Below, piece after piece: positions 30,185 through 38,474 of a stretch of 64,000 bases of DNA. The position numbers were made by a program, and so were the translations under genes. The stretch lies in the IMG/VR virus record IMGVR_UViG_3300023049_000005, positions 186,001 to 250,000 of that record. The stretch is one strand, 5' to 3'. Position 1 is the stretch's first letter. The number at the start of each line of letters is the position of its first letter. A model generated the notes under the pieces. The model was not told the origin of the DNA, did no database searches, and saw nothing but the letters and a program-made list of their open reading frames with translations.

Positions 30185-30447
30185 TCTTCCACAGAAGAGA
30201 AATAATAGTCATCAGATCCATAGCAATACCAAACGTCTATACCATTTGCTGTATCTACGTAGTCTAAATATGCTATACGCTGTTCTTGACATTCCATTGA
30301 GCCCCAATCCAACCCATTAGCTCTATCTATTGCGTCTTGCTGACCATTAGGAGCTTCATGACCTGATAAGATATCACCAAAGAAACATCTTTCTTTGTAA
30401 TCATGGTTTTCGGTTATATATTGATCAAATTTTTTAATACGATTCAT
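30181..30447 (-). CDS. Small protein with CTS-like N-terminus
   Basis: MNRIKKFDQYITEN. Confidence 0.7.
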   Translation of the reverse strand: MNRIKKFDQYITENHDYKERCFFGDILSGHEAPNGQQDAIDRANGLDWGSMECQEQRIAYLDYVDTANGIDVWYCYGSDDYYFSSVED

Positions 30448-30467
30448 TTCGGTTTATTATTATTTTT

Positions 30468-32273
30468 TTAACCCATAGGTTTATTAAATTCTTGTACTTT
30501 TTTAATTATATCACGATCTTGTTCACTACCTTCACCTGTTAAATATGCTTCTAAGCTTGTATCAATTGTATATTTTTCTTCTGTGTATACTTCTCTTGGT
30601 AGCATTGTATAATAAATAGAATCGCCTTCTTTTCTACTTAACATTAACATCGTTAGATCTAAGTTAACAGGATTTAAATGATCTTCTATCATAATCATAG
30701 GAGTGTCTTGTTTAGGCATTAAGTATTCTTCCCCATCAACTTCTTTCTTATTCGCTAAGAAGAAAAAATAGAAATTATCTGATTCCTTTTTAAGTCTACT
30801 ACTATCTTTTATTAATTGAGATAATAATAAAGATATAGTAATAGTATCCTCACTATTTGCGGCTTCTATTAATCTATCCCACCTTTTCTTATCATCAATA
30901 TACATTTGTCTTAATTTTTCTTTATCCGCTCTTGATGTTGCTATCTTAGTATGAGAAACTAAAATAGTAGGATCTAAATCAATTAGTTTATAAAGTTCTT
31001 CATCAGTCAATTCTACACCATCATATAAACTGTGTTTATTAGTGATCATTTCTAATTTTTGAGTAGAAGTAAGTTTAAGTGTTGCTTCTTTATAATATTC
31101 CTCTATATTACTTTCTAGTAAATCAGGATAGTTTATGATAGCATATATCTTTTGATCCATGTTTAATGATTTAGCAACGGACTCGTGTTTACATACACGA
31201 ACATCTGTCTTAATTAAATCAGTGATTTCTTCTGCCGTTAGGAAGTCTATATTATCATATAGTCTAACTAATCTTGGGTATTTCATTAAGTACTTTTTCT
31301 TATCACCATCAGATAGATCGCTAAATAAATCTCCTGCGTATTCACTCATACTTTCATTATCGGCTAAATACTTTATCTTTTGATAATCTTCTATTTCATT
31401 CCATTTTTTTAGATATTTGAAGTATCCTTCTTTTTCAAGATTACTAGCACTACTATCATCCTTATAATGTGCTATATATTTACCATCTTCGTACAAAGTA
31501 ATACCAACTTGTGATTGTACGCCCTCTTTTGTTAGATCCCAAATAAAGTATTGTACCCCTGCCTTTCCACCACGAGTAAGATAACTACTCCAATAGTTAT
31601 ACATACTATCAGATATACACCATTGTTTAGACCCTAAGTTACATGAGCCTTCTTTTGAGAAAATCATAGCAATTAAATAATCATCTTCATCAAAGTATAC
31701 TATTTGTGCATCTTGATCTTTTTTAATTTTCTCGAATATATCCTTTATATCTGCGAAACTTTTTAAGTGACCTGATAAGTAATTGAAAAAATCTTCAACA
31801 GGTCTATCCTGATACTTAGCAATCTTTTTTAAGAATACATTATTATAATCTTCGTAATCATAATCTATAATAGCATCTCTGAATCTGTTAAAGTGTTTTT
31901 TATTGGATTTCAATTTTTGTCTAAGCGGATTTGGTATCTTTTTTAAATATTTATTTGTCTTTTCGATTAGATCTACTTCTGCTAATATATCAATAACATC
32001 TTCAAACTTCTCTGCTTCTGTTACATCTATATTAAACTGTTTGAACGTGTTTTTATGATCAGTCATTTTCTTATATAAATCCTTTAATTCATCGTGATTT
32101 ATCCCTTCTTCAGAGTGTATATCAAAGAAAAGAGGAATGTATTTTTGTTCCTTTCTCAAATAATCAAACGCTTTGAGTATTTCTTGGTAAGGTATTTCCC
32201 TACCTTCCTTATCTTTATATTCTCTTTTACTTTCGAAAATAAATTGTTCTAATGTTATTATCCACTTTGCCAT
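30468..32273 (-). CDS. Large putative virion protein with WC-motif (PcfJ-like) domain; paralog of 44115..46544
   Basis: MAKWIITLEQFIFES; GSCNLGSKQWCIS...QYFIWD...SQVGIT...DG..AHYKDD; TAATATATA at 32308-32316(-). Confidence 0.7.
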   Translation of the reverse strand: MAKWIITLEQFIFESKREYKDKEGREIPYQEILKAFDYLRKEQKYIPLFFDIHSEEGINHDELKDLYKKMTDHKNTFKQFNIDVTEAEKFEDVIDILAEVDLIEKTNKYLKKIPNPLRQKLKSNKKHFNRFRDAIIDYDYEDYNNVFLKKIAKYQDRPVEDFFNYLSGHLKSFADIKDIFEKIKKDQDAQIVYFDEDDYLIAMIFSKEGSCNLGSKQWCISDSMYNYWSSYLTRGGKAGVQYFIWDLTKEGVQSQVGITLYEDGKYIAHYKDDSSASNLEKEGYFKYLKKWNEIEDYQKIKYLADNESMSEYAGDLFSDLSDGDKKKYLMKYPRLVRLYDNIDFLTAEEITDLIKTDVRVCKHESVAKSLNMDQKIYAIINYPDLLESNIEEYYKEATLKLTSTQKLEMITNKHSLYDGVELTDEELYKLIDLDPTILVSHTKIATSRADKEKLRQMYIDDKKRWDRLIEAANSEDTITISLLLSQLIKDSSRLKKESDNFYFFFLANKKEVDGEEYLMPKQDTPMIMIEDHLNPVNLDLTMLMLSRKEGDSIYYTMLPREVYTEEKYTIDTSLEAYLTGEGSEQDRDIIKKVQEFNKPMG

Positions 32274-32332
32274 AATTAAAAAAAATCTTATATTTGTTCT
32301 TTAATACTATATATTAAATAAAATAGACACAA

Positions 32333-32800
32333 ATGAAAAGTATGACACAGTTAAAATTATTTTCTCCTACACATTTCAAATTTAAGTTTGATATTGCGTT
32401 ATCTCTTATTGTCCTATATTATTTAGTACTTCTCATATTTATCGGAGAAAAAGAAGTAAGAGATTACCTAATGGAAGGGACAAATATATTCTCTAGTTTA
32501 ATTGGTGTCGTTATCTTAGTAAATGCTAAAATTGTAGACTTTTTTTCTTTTTTAGAAAACTTAAAAAAGGATTTGAGATATGATCTATGGATCAAATATA
32601 AAGATAACAAGTTATATAAGTTTATTAAGAAATCTTTTTATGGACTTATTGTGTTTAATACAATATGTTTATTGGTTTATTTGTATTTAATTTTCATTAC
32701 TGATGATATTATCGATAAAATTTTGTATTTTTGTATCTCTTTAGTTACGATAATCGTACCTGGGATTGTTATTTATAGCTCACATTTAAAAATAAAATAA
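32333..32800 (+). CDS. Membrane protein (about 4 TM)
   Basis: Four hydrophobic stretches; TTTG-N19-TATATTTG host-type promoter at 32266-32296. Confidence 0.7.
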   Translation: MKSMTQLKLFSPTHFKFKFDIALSLIVLYYLVLLIFIGEKEVRDYLMEGTNIFSSLIGVVILVNAKIVDFFSFLENLKKDLRYDLWIKYKDNKLYKFIKKSFYGLIVFNTICLLVYLYLIFITDDIIDKILYFCISLVTIIVPGIVIYSSHLKIK

Positions 32801-32801
32801 G

Positions 32802-33080
32802 ATGAAAAAATTATTACTAATATTCTCAACTCTACTGTGTGTCAGTGCTTATTCACAAGTAGATGGTAAATACGGATCGGAAGGACTTTCCTTTCACACT
32901 CCCCAAAAAGATACCTTGTTTTTACAGAAAGGTCATTTAATTACACCCGATATCATTAGGATATGGGAAACCGATAGTACTATTGAAGAAACTAAGCCTG
33001 TTATCATTACCCATACTAACATCGCTTATATTAGAGAACAAAGATTAAAACAATATGGAATTAGAAAAGAAATTCGATGA
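32802..33080 (+). CDS. Small secreted protein
   Basis: Sec signal MKKLLLIFSTLLCVSAYS/Q. Confidence 0.65.
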   Translation: MKKLLLIFSTLLCVSAYSQVDGKYGSEGLSFHTPQKDTLFLQKGHLITPDIIRIWETDSTIEETKPVIITHTNIAYIREQRLKQYGIRKEIR

Positions 33081-33585
33081 ATATTTAAAGATCTATGATA
33101 TAGAGGACATTAATAAAAATGGTGTTCATATCAAAAGACAGATCGTTTCTAGAACAAATGATAACTTAGATATATCTGTTGCAGGTACTGTATATGATAC
33201 AGAAGAAGAAGTCTTCTATCTAGTAAAACAGTATAGAGCAGGTGTAACTGACGAAGATCGTTATATGGTCGAAGTAGTTGCAGGAACTGTTGAAAGCGGT
33301 GAAAATCCATTAGAATGCTTCAAGAGAGAAGTTATGGAGGAAGTAGGTGTTAAGGTGAATAGGGTCACTGAAGTTGGTTCGTTTTATGCCTCACCAGGCT
33401 TTTCGAAGGAACAAATGTACTTGTACCACGCAGAGGGTGTTAGAGTTGCCGAAGGTGGTGGACTAGAATCAGAAAACGAAGATATCGAAATCCTTAAAGT
33501 TTCTAAAGAAGTATTAAGAGATATGCTTTATAGAAACAGAATAAAGGATCTTAAATCACTGACTTTATTGAAAGACGTTATATAG
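33055..33585 (+). CDS. Nudix hydrolase (ADP-ribose pyrophosphatase-like)
   Basis: Nudix box GTVESGENPLECFKREVMEEVG; LVKQYR, FYASPGFS.E, ENEDIE. Confidence 0.88.
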   Translation: MELEKKFDEYLKIYDIEDINKNGVHIKRQIVSRTNDNLDISVAGTVYDTEEEVFYLVKQYRAGVTDEDRYMVEVVAGTVESGENPLECFKREVMEEVGVKVNRVTEVGSFYASPGFSKEQMYLYHAEGVRVAEGGGLESENEDIEILKVSKEVLRDMLYRNRIKDLKSLTLLKDVI

Positions 33586-33589
33586 TATT

Positions 33590-33865
33590 ATGGGAATAAA
33601 TATTTTAGATAGTTTTATGGAAGAAGTTAAAGAACTTGAAAAAAGACCTGAACTTTTAGATAGTATATTAAACTATTATAATACAGAAACAAAGACATTT
33701 GATATTCCAAAAAATTGGAAGTCTAAAAATGTACGTAGGAATAAACTACCTGCAGATAACCCAAGGGATTATGTTTTCAATAAGATAGAAGAGGTTTTAT
33801 CATTTGAGGAAATGGATCAATTAATATCCGATTCTCATATGAGAATGGACAAGAAACTTACTTAA
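33590..33865 (+). CDS. Hypothetical protein
   Basis: 91-aa ORF in operon. Confidence 0.6.
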   Translation: MGINILDSFMEEVKELEKRPELLDSILNYYNTETKTFDIPKNWKSKNVRRNKLPADNPRDYVFNKIEEVLSFEEMDQLISDSHMRMDKKLT

Positions 33866-34253
33866 CATAAATAACAGGGATGTTATCTAACTTAAGCCAA
33901 TAGAAAGCTACTACTCTATGTCTGCCTTCTAATATGAATCTATCCCCATCTTCTAATTCAACGAAGATAGGATAGATTCTATTTTTTCTCTCTGATATTA
34001 GATCGAGGATATATTCACTCCTTTCTTTTTCGTCTATAAATTCATCATAAGTAGATTCCATTTCCTTTGCTTGGTCTTTGAACATTTCCATTGGTTCTGA
34101 TTTATAATAGAACTTTATGTCGTTTATGTCTTTTCTTAACCACTCACCTATGGCTTCTATGTCCGATAGCTGAGACATATCAATAGCTTCTTTAAGGCTG
34201 ATTTCTTTTAGCCCTGAAAATCCTGAATATTCGTATATGCGCTTATTTTTCAT
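33858..34253 (-). CDS. ParB/Srx-like domain protein
   Basis: PIFV...ILEGRHRVVAF......IPV; CTS-like KRIYEYSGF. Confidence 0.65.
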   Translation of the reverse strand: MKNKRIYEYSGFSGLKEISLKEAIDMSQLSDIEAIGEWLRKDINDIKFYYKSEPMEMFKDQAKEMESTYDEFIDEKERSEYILDLISERKNRIYPIFVELEDGDRFILEGRHRVVAFYWLKLDNIPVIYVK

Positions 34254-34405
34254 GATTTGCGCTCATTTTTCTTGTAGGGACAATGTTTGCACCCATTTTT
34301 ACAACAGTAGCCTCTCTTTAAATGGTATTGTTCAGTGAAAACTATATACCCTTCTTTCGTAGTATAATAATCACCCTTTTCATATTTGCTAAATTGGTCG
34401 TACAT
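34250..34405 (-). CDS. DUF5522-like small Cys-rich protein (51 aa, missed by ORF track)
   Basis: MYDQFSKYEKGDYYTTKEGYIVFTEQYHLKRGYCCKNGCKHCPYKKNERKS*; ATGA overlap with next gene; TAATATATA at 34417-34425(-). Confidence 0.75.
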   Translation of the reverse strand: MYDQFSKYEKGDYYTTKEGYIVFTEQYHLKRGYCCKNGCKHCPYKKNERKS

Positions 34406-34467
34406 AACTTTTTAAGTATATATTAAAACATATTTAAATATTATAATATAATAAAAAAAGTTTTACT

Positions 34468-35538
34468 ATGCTTAAAAATAATGAAAGAAAAATAAGAGTA
34501 GAATATATTTGGTTAGACGGTGGTACTCCACAGAAAATACGATCTAAGACCAAGGTTATGACAACTACTACTGACGATCTAATGACTATTGAATTATCTG
34601 ATTGGAATTATGACGGATCTTCAACGAAACAAGCTGTAACCAATAATTCAGAAGTTGTAATTAAACCAAAAACAAGATTTAAAGATCCCTTCGGTGGTGA
34701 CCTTTTAGTAATGTGTGATACATACAGCCCTGATGGTACACCACTTGGTGACAACAAGCGATACGAATTAGAGAAAATAATTGATATGGATCAAGAAACA
34801 TGGTATGGTTTCGAACAAGAATATACTATGATGAACCCAACTTCGGGTAAGCCATTAGGTTTCCCTAATACAGAAGGATATTTCCCTGAGCCACAAGGAA
34901 ATTATTACTGCGGAGTAGGCTATAATCATGTTAAAAATGGTAGAGAGATAGCTATGGAACATTTAGATAAATGTATAGAAGCGGGTATTAATATCAGTGG
35001 TGTCAATGCAGAAGTCATGCTAGGACAATGGGAGTATCAGGTCGGTCCTGTCCCTGCATTAGAGGGGGCAGATTCGATGTGGATGTCTAGATATATCCTT
35101 TATAGAATCGGAGAGAAATATAGTGTAGAAATGAATATCGAACCAAAACCCGTTAAAGGCGATAATTGGAACGGCTCAGGTATGCATGTTAATTTCTCTA
35201 CAGGTGCTATGAGAGATAAGAAAAACATCGAAAGTGGTGAAAGTATCAAAATTATAGAAAGAGCCTGTGAGAAACTTTCTACGAAACATTCAGAACACAT
35301 ATCAGTGTACGGTGAGGGTAATGAAGAAAGACTTACAGGAATCAACGAGACTTCTTCTTATAAAGACTTTTCTTGGGCATATGGTAGTAGAGAAGTATCT
35401 ATTAGAATACCAACTGCTGTTAAAGAAAGAAAGGTGGGATATTTAGAAGATAGAAGACCATCATCTAACGGTGATCCTTATTTAATTTGTAGAAAGTTAA
35501 TCCAAACTATCTGCAGCGAGAAAGAAGCGTATGCATAA
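34468..35538 (+). CDS. glnII: Glutamine synthetase type II
   Basis: EYIWLDG, RSKT, WNYDGSST.QA, GFEQEY, QGNYYCGVG, NAEVMLGQWEYQVG, WNGSGMHVNFS, RLTG..ET, SIRIP, YLEDRRPSSN.DPY; AAAC-N17-TATAAT at 34426-34452. Confidence 0.95.
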   Translation: MLKNNERKIRVEYIWLDGGTPQKIRSKTKVMTTTTDDLMTIELSDWNYDGSSTKQAVTNNSEVVIKPKTRFKDPFGGDLLVMCDTYSPDGTPLGDNKRYELEKIIDMDQETWYGFEQEYTMMNPTSGKPLGFPNTEGYFPEPQGNYYCGVGYNHVKNGREIAMEHLDKCIEAGINISGVNAEVMLGQWEYQVGPVPALEGADSMWMSRYILYRIGEKYSVEMNIEPKPVKGDNWNGSGMHVNFSTGAMRDKKNIESGESIKIIERACEKLSTKHSEHISVYGEGNEERLTGINETSSYKDFSWAYGSREVSIRIPTAVKERKVGYLEDRRPSSNGDPYLICRKLIQTICSEKEAYA

Positions 35539-35559
35539 TTAGTAAACTGTATTATTTTT

Positions 35560-35592
35560 AAAGAGGGAGTGATTATTCATTCCCTCTTTTTT
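35560..35592 (+). terminator. Rho-independent terminator after glnII
   Basis: AAAGAGGGAGTGA-TTAT-TCATTCCCTCTTT followed by T run. Confidence 0.75.
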
Positions 35593-35606
35593 GTTATATT
35601 TGTATT

Positions 35607-35990
35607 ATGGAAGTAGGATTCATAAAGCGAGAATTAAAATTAGCCTCTTTATCGGGAGAAAAATTAGATAAAGATCTACAGGACTTAATTGATAATTTTA
35701 AAAAAGCATTGAATTATAAGATAGTTGAACCTTTTGTTGAAATATGGTATAATCATTTAGACCAAGAAGTTTTGAAAATAGACCAACAAAATAATAGAGT
35801 TCTTGTAACATCTTCCTACATAGGGTTGTCGATATATTTTAATTCTGAGGTATATAAAACTATAATTGAATATGTTTTAGAAATAGATTTGTCCTATAAA
35901 GATTTGTCTTTTATATTTGTGGTTGATGTGGTTGATGTTGAAATGGATTACCATAAGTTTATGGATTACCATAAGTTTAATAGTCTTTAA
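35607..35990 (+). CDS. Hypothetical protein
   Basis: TATATTTG at 35595-35602; C-terminus built from micro-duplications. Confidence 0.65.
   Translation: MEVGFIKRELKLASLSGEKLDKDLQDLIDNFKKALNYKIVEPFVEIWYNHLDQEVLKIDQQNNRVLVTSSYIGLSIYFNSEVYKTIIEYVLEIDLSYKDLSFIFVVDVVDVEMDYHKFMDYHKFNSL
35943..35978 (+). repeat. Perfect 18-bp tandem duplication ATGGATTACCATAAGTTT x2
   Basis: 35943-35960 equals 35961-35978; nearby GTGGTTGAT x2 at 35919-35936. Confidence 0.9.
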
Positions 35991-36378
35991 CTATTTGTGT
36001 GAAGGTAAATTTGCTTAAATTCTCTAAGGCTTCGTTTAAATGATGTTTATCTTTTTCAAATTCATCATAAAATACTAAGATATTAAAATTGTTTTCTCCT
36101 AATATTTTCTTTAAGTTGAGTAGTTTTTCAATCGAAAATTCATCATCAAAGTTGGGTATGAAATAGATATCTTTTTTCTTTTCCATAGCCTGTTGGATCT
36201 TATTATAGATAAGTATTTTCAAATACATCTTATCTTGATCCTTTTCGACCTCTTCATCCATCAGTTTCCTGATATCTAATACGTACTTATTGCGTATCTT
36301 ATTAGTCTTGAAATACTTATCGATTTTCTTCTTTGTCTTTGCGTATACCACAAAGAAGTTTATCATATGTTCTTGCAT
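35977..36378 (-). CDS. Hypothetical protein
   Basis: 133-aa alpha/beta ORF. Confidence 0.65.
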   Translation of the reverse strand: MQEHMINFFVVYAKTKKKIDKYFKTNKIRNKYVLDIRKLMDEEVEKDQDKMYLKILIYNKIQQAMEKKKDIYFIPNFDDEFSIEKLLNLKKILGENNFNILVFYDEFEKDKHHLNEALENLSKFTFTQIVKDY

Positions 36379-36428
36379 AAAAAGAGGTCATTTTATTTTT
36401 ATAAACTATATATAAAAATACTTCCCCC

Positions 36429-36851
36429 TTAATCCAAAAACATATCAATTTTCATGTCTCGATAATCGACTTTATGTTTGTCTAATGTGTTTACTATTCT
36501 ATAGTGTGCGTCTTCACTATTTGTTACAGTGAAGATATAGTGAAGATATTCAACAAACCCCATTTTCTTTTGTAACGGAAATATCTCACCACCACCTAAA
36601 TTATAGACTATGTCAGTATTCTCACCATCCATCAGGACTTTTATGGATGTCGTATAACTCGTTATAATATCGTATTTGAGATCTTTGTCAAAACTCGTCC
36701 ATATAGGGAAGTCATATTTAGCGAGTTTATTATACTGTTTTATTGTCTTTCTTTTCTCTTTTTCTAAAAAAGATTCATACCAACCCAAATTCCCAATCTT
36801 CTTTTTTTGTTGGTGTTTATAAGCTATATGTGTGTCTGATCCTTTTTTCAT
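36429..36851 (-). CDS. Hypothetical protein with C-terminal RD tag
   Basis: Ends YRDMKIDMFLD; host-type promoter upstream. Confidence 0.75.
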   Translation of the reverse strand: MKKGSDTHIAYKHQQKKKIGNLGWYESFLEKEKRKTIKQYNKLAKYDFPIWTSFDKDLKYDIITSYTTSIKVLMDGENTDIVYNLGGGEIFPLQKKMGFVEYLHYIFTVTNSEDAHYRIVNTLDKHKVDYRDMKIDMFLD

Positions 36852-36855
36852 ATCA

Positions 36856-36873
36856 CAAATATACGTATATTTG
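36856..36873. promoter_or_regulatory. Perfect 18-bp palindrome CAAATATACGTATATTTG = back-to-back TATATTTG -7 elements
   Basis: Lies between divergent genes 36851(-) and 36891(+). Confidence 0.65.
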
Positions 36874-36890
36874 CTTAAAATATTTAATTT

Positions 36891-37328
36891 ATGACTAATT
36901 GGGATAAAAGATTTATAGATTTAGCTAATCATATAGCTACTTGGAGTAAAGATACTAACACAAAAACAGGTGCTGTTATTGTAGATAAAGACAATCGTGT
37001 AATTAGTATGGGATACAACGGCTTTCCATCGGGTGCAGTAGATACCAGGGAAGATAAGTATGAGAAACCACAAAAGTATTTTTATACCGAACACGCAGAA
37101 CGTAATGCTATTTATAATGCTGCTAAATTGGGTATAAGCACAGATGGGTGTACTATGTATATCATGTGGTTTCCTTGTGCTGATTGTGCAAGAGCTATCA
37201 TCCAAAGTGGTATTAAGAAACTTGTGTGCCACGAACCCGATCTAAACTTACCTAAATGGGGGGAACATTTCGAAAAATCCTTAGAGATGTTCAATGAAGT
37301 GAATATGAAAATCGTTTATATAGACTAA
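36891..37328 (+). CDS. dCMP deaminase
   Basis: WSKD, GYNGFP, HAERNAI, PCADCARAIIQSGI. Confidence 0.93.
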   Translation: MTNWDKRFIDLANHIATWSKDTNTKTGAVIVDKDNRVISMGYNGFPSGAVDTREDKYEKPQKYFYTEHAERNAIYNAAKLGISTDGCTMYIMWFPCADCARAIIQSGIKKLVCHEPDLNLPKWGEHFEKSLEMFNEVNMKIVYID

Positions 37329-37329
37329 T

Positions 37330-37911
37330 ATGGAAGATACTACTAATAATGAAGTTATTGATATGGAGATTAGGTATATGCACGATGAATACCTATCTTC
37401 ACGTGAAAAGCTTATAGAAAGAAGAAAAGAAGCAGTTCAAAAAGTTATTTCAAAAAAAGAATATACATATAGAATAGAGGGGATTAATTATTATTATATG
37501 TTAGAATCGGGTGTCACACTGATTGTTAGAGCAAATGATAGTGATATATCACATAGTCTCAATACGGATAGAATATTACTTAAAGAAGAGAAGAGAGATA
37601 TGTTTATCTCCTCTCTTCTAGAAGATGTTGATTCATTCACCGATAGTTTGATGAAAGACCTAAAAGAAATTGAATGGATGTATAATGAATTTCGTATGCT
37701 TAAAAATAATCTATATGAGGCTATTATAACCGAATTAAGAGATTGGGTAGATAATACCTTTGATATATCATACTTACTTCCATTGGTTATTTCTATCGGG
37801 GAAACAAAGTATATTATTACCGAAAACGAAGACCGTGGAGATGCTGCTTATAACCCTAGTGAAAATAAAACCAAAATTGATCTGAAACCATACATAGAGT
37901 ATTCACTATGA
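37330..37911 (+). CDS. Hypothetical protein with internal RD tag; paralog of next gene
   Basis: Internal KRDMFISSLLED; VISIGETKYII matches VINLGSIKYLL in 37908..38432. Confidence 0.7.
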   Translation: MEDTTNNEVIDMEIRYMHDEYLSSREKLIERRKEAVQKVISKKEYTYRIEGINYYYMLESGVTLIVRANDSDISHSLNTDRILLKEEKRDMFISSLLEDVDSFTDSLMKDLKEIEWMYNEFRMLKNNLYEAIITELRDWVDNTFDISYLLPLVISIGETKYIITENEDRGDAAYNPSENKTKIDLKPYIEYSL

Positions 37912-38432
37912 TAGAATTAGCTGAGATTTTCGAAGAAAATAAAAAGAAAATAAAGGATCTTAAAAAGTCCATAGTCGATATACTCCTATCTAATAAAGAG
38001 TTGTGTTATGAAGTGAGGTATGATCTATATACTATATTAGTAAAGGATAACCACTTAGAACACATAGAAATAATAGGGGAATCTTTATGCTCAAGATATA
38101 ATACCTTTTATAATGCTTATTTAGACCATGTAGTTAGGGATATGAAATTAAGCCTATTGACAGAAGAACATAAGGTAGAATTTGCTAATGAGGTAAATCA
38201 GATGCTAATAAATTTAGATCTATTGCTTATAGAAACACAAACTATTAATGAAGGGATAATTAGTAAAATAGTTACCCATCTTAATAGTAAATATAATACT
38301 ATTGAAACACCATATGTTATTAACTTAGGTAGTATTAAATACCTACTAACAAAAGAAGAAATACCTCTTAGTGTAGATTATGTAATTAACACTGATTACA
38401 ATTTAATTGAACATAGAGAAGAAATTATCTAA
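37908..38432 (+). CDS. Hypothetical protein with internal RD tag
   Basis: Internal VRDMKLSLLTEE. Confidence 0.7.
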   Translation: MIELAEIFEENKKKIKDLKKSIVDILLSNKELCYEVRYDLYTILVKDNHLEHIEIIGESLCSRYNTFYNAYLDHVVRDMKLSLLTEEHKVEFANEVNQMLINLDLLLIETQTINEGIISKIVTHLNSKYNTIETPYVINLGSIKYLLTKEEIPLSVDYVINTDYNLIEHREEII

Positions 38433-38474
38433 TAAGTCTCTAAACTTTTTCATAGTTCTAGACTATATCTAGTA

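Noticed and set aside
32802-33080. IREQRLKQY as another RD-tag instance
   Set aside because: Poor match at the hydrophobic positions, and the protein is predicted to be secreted; not counted.
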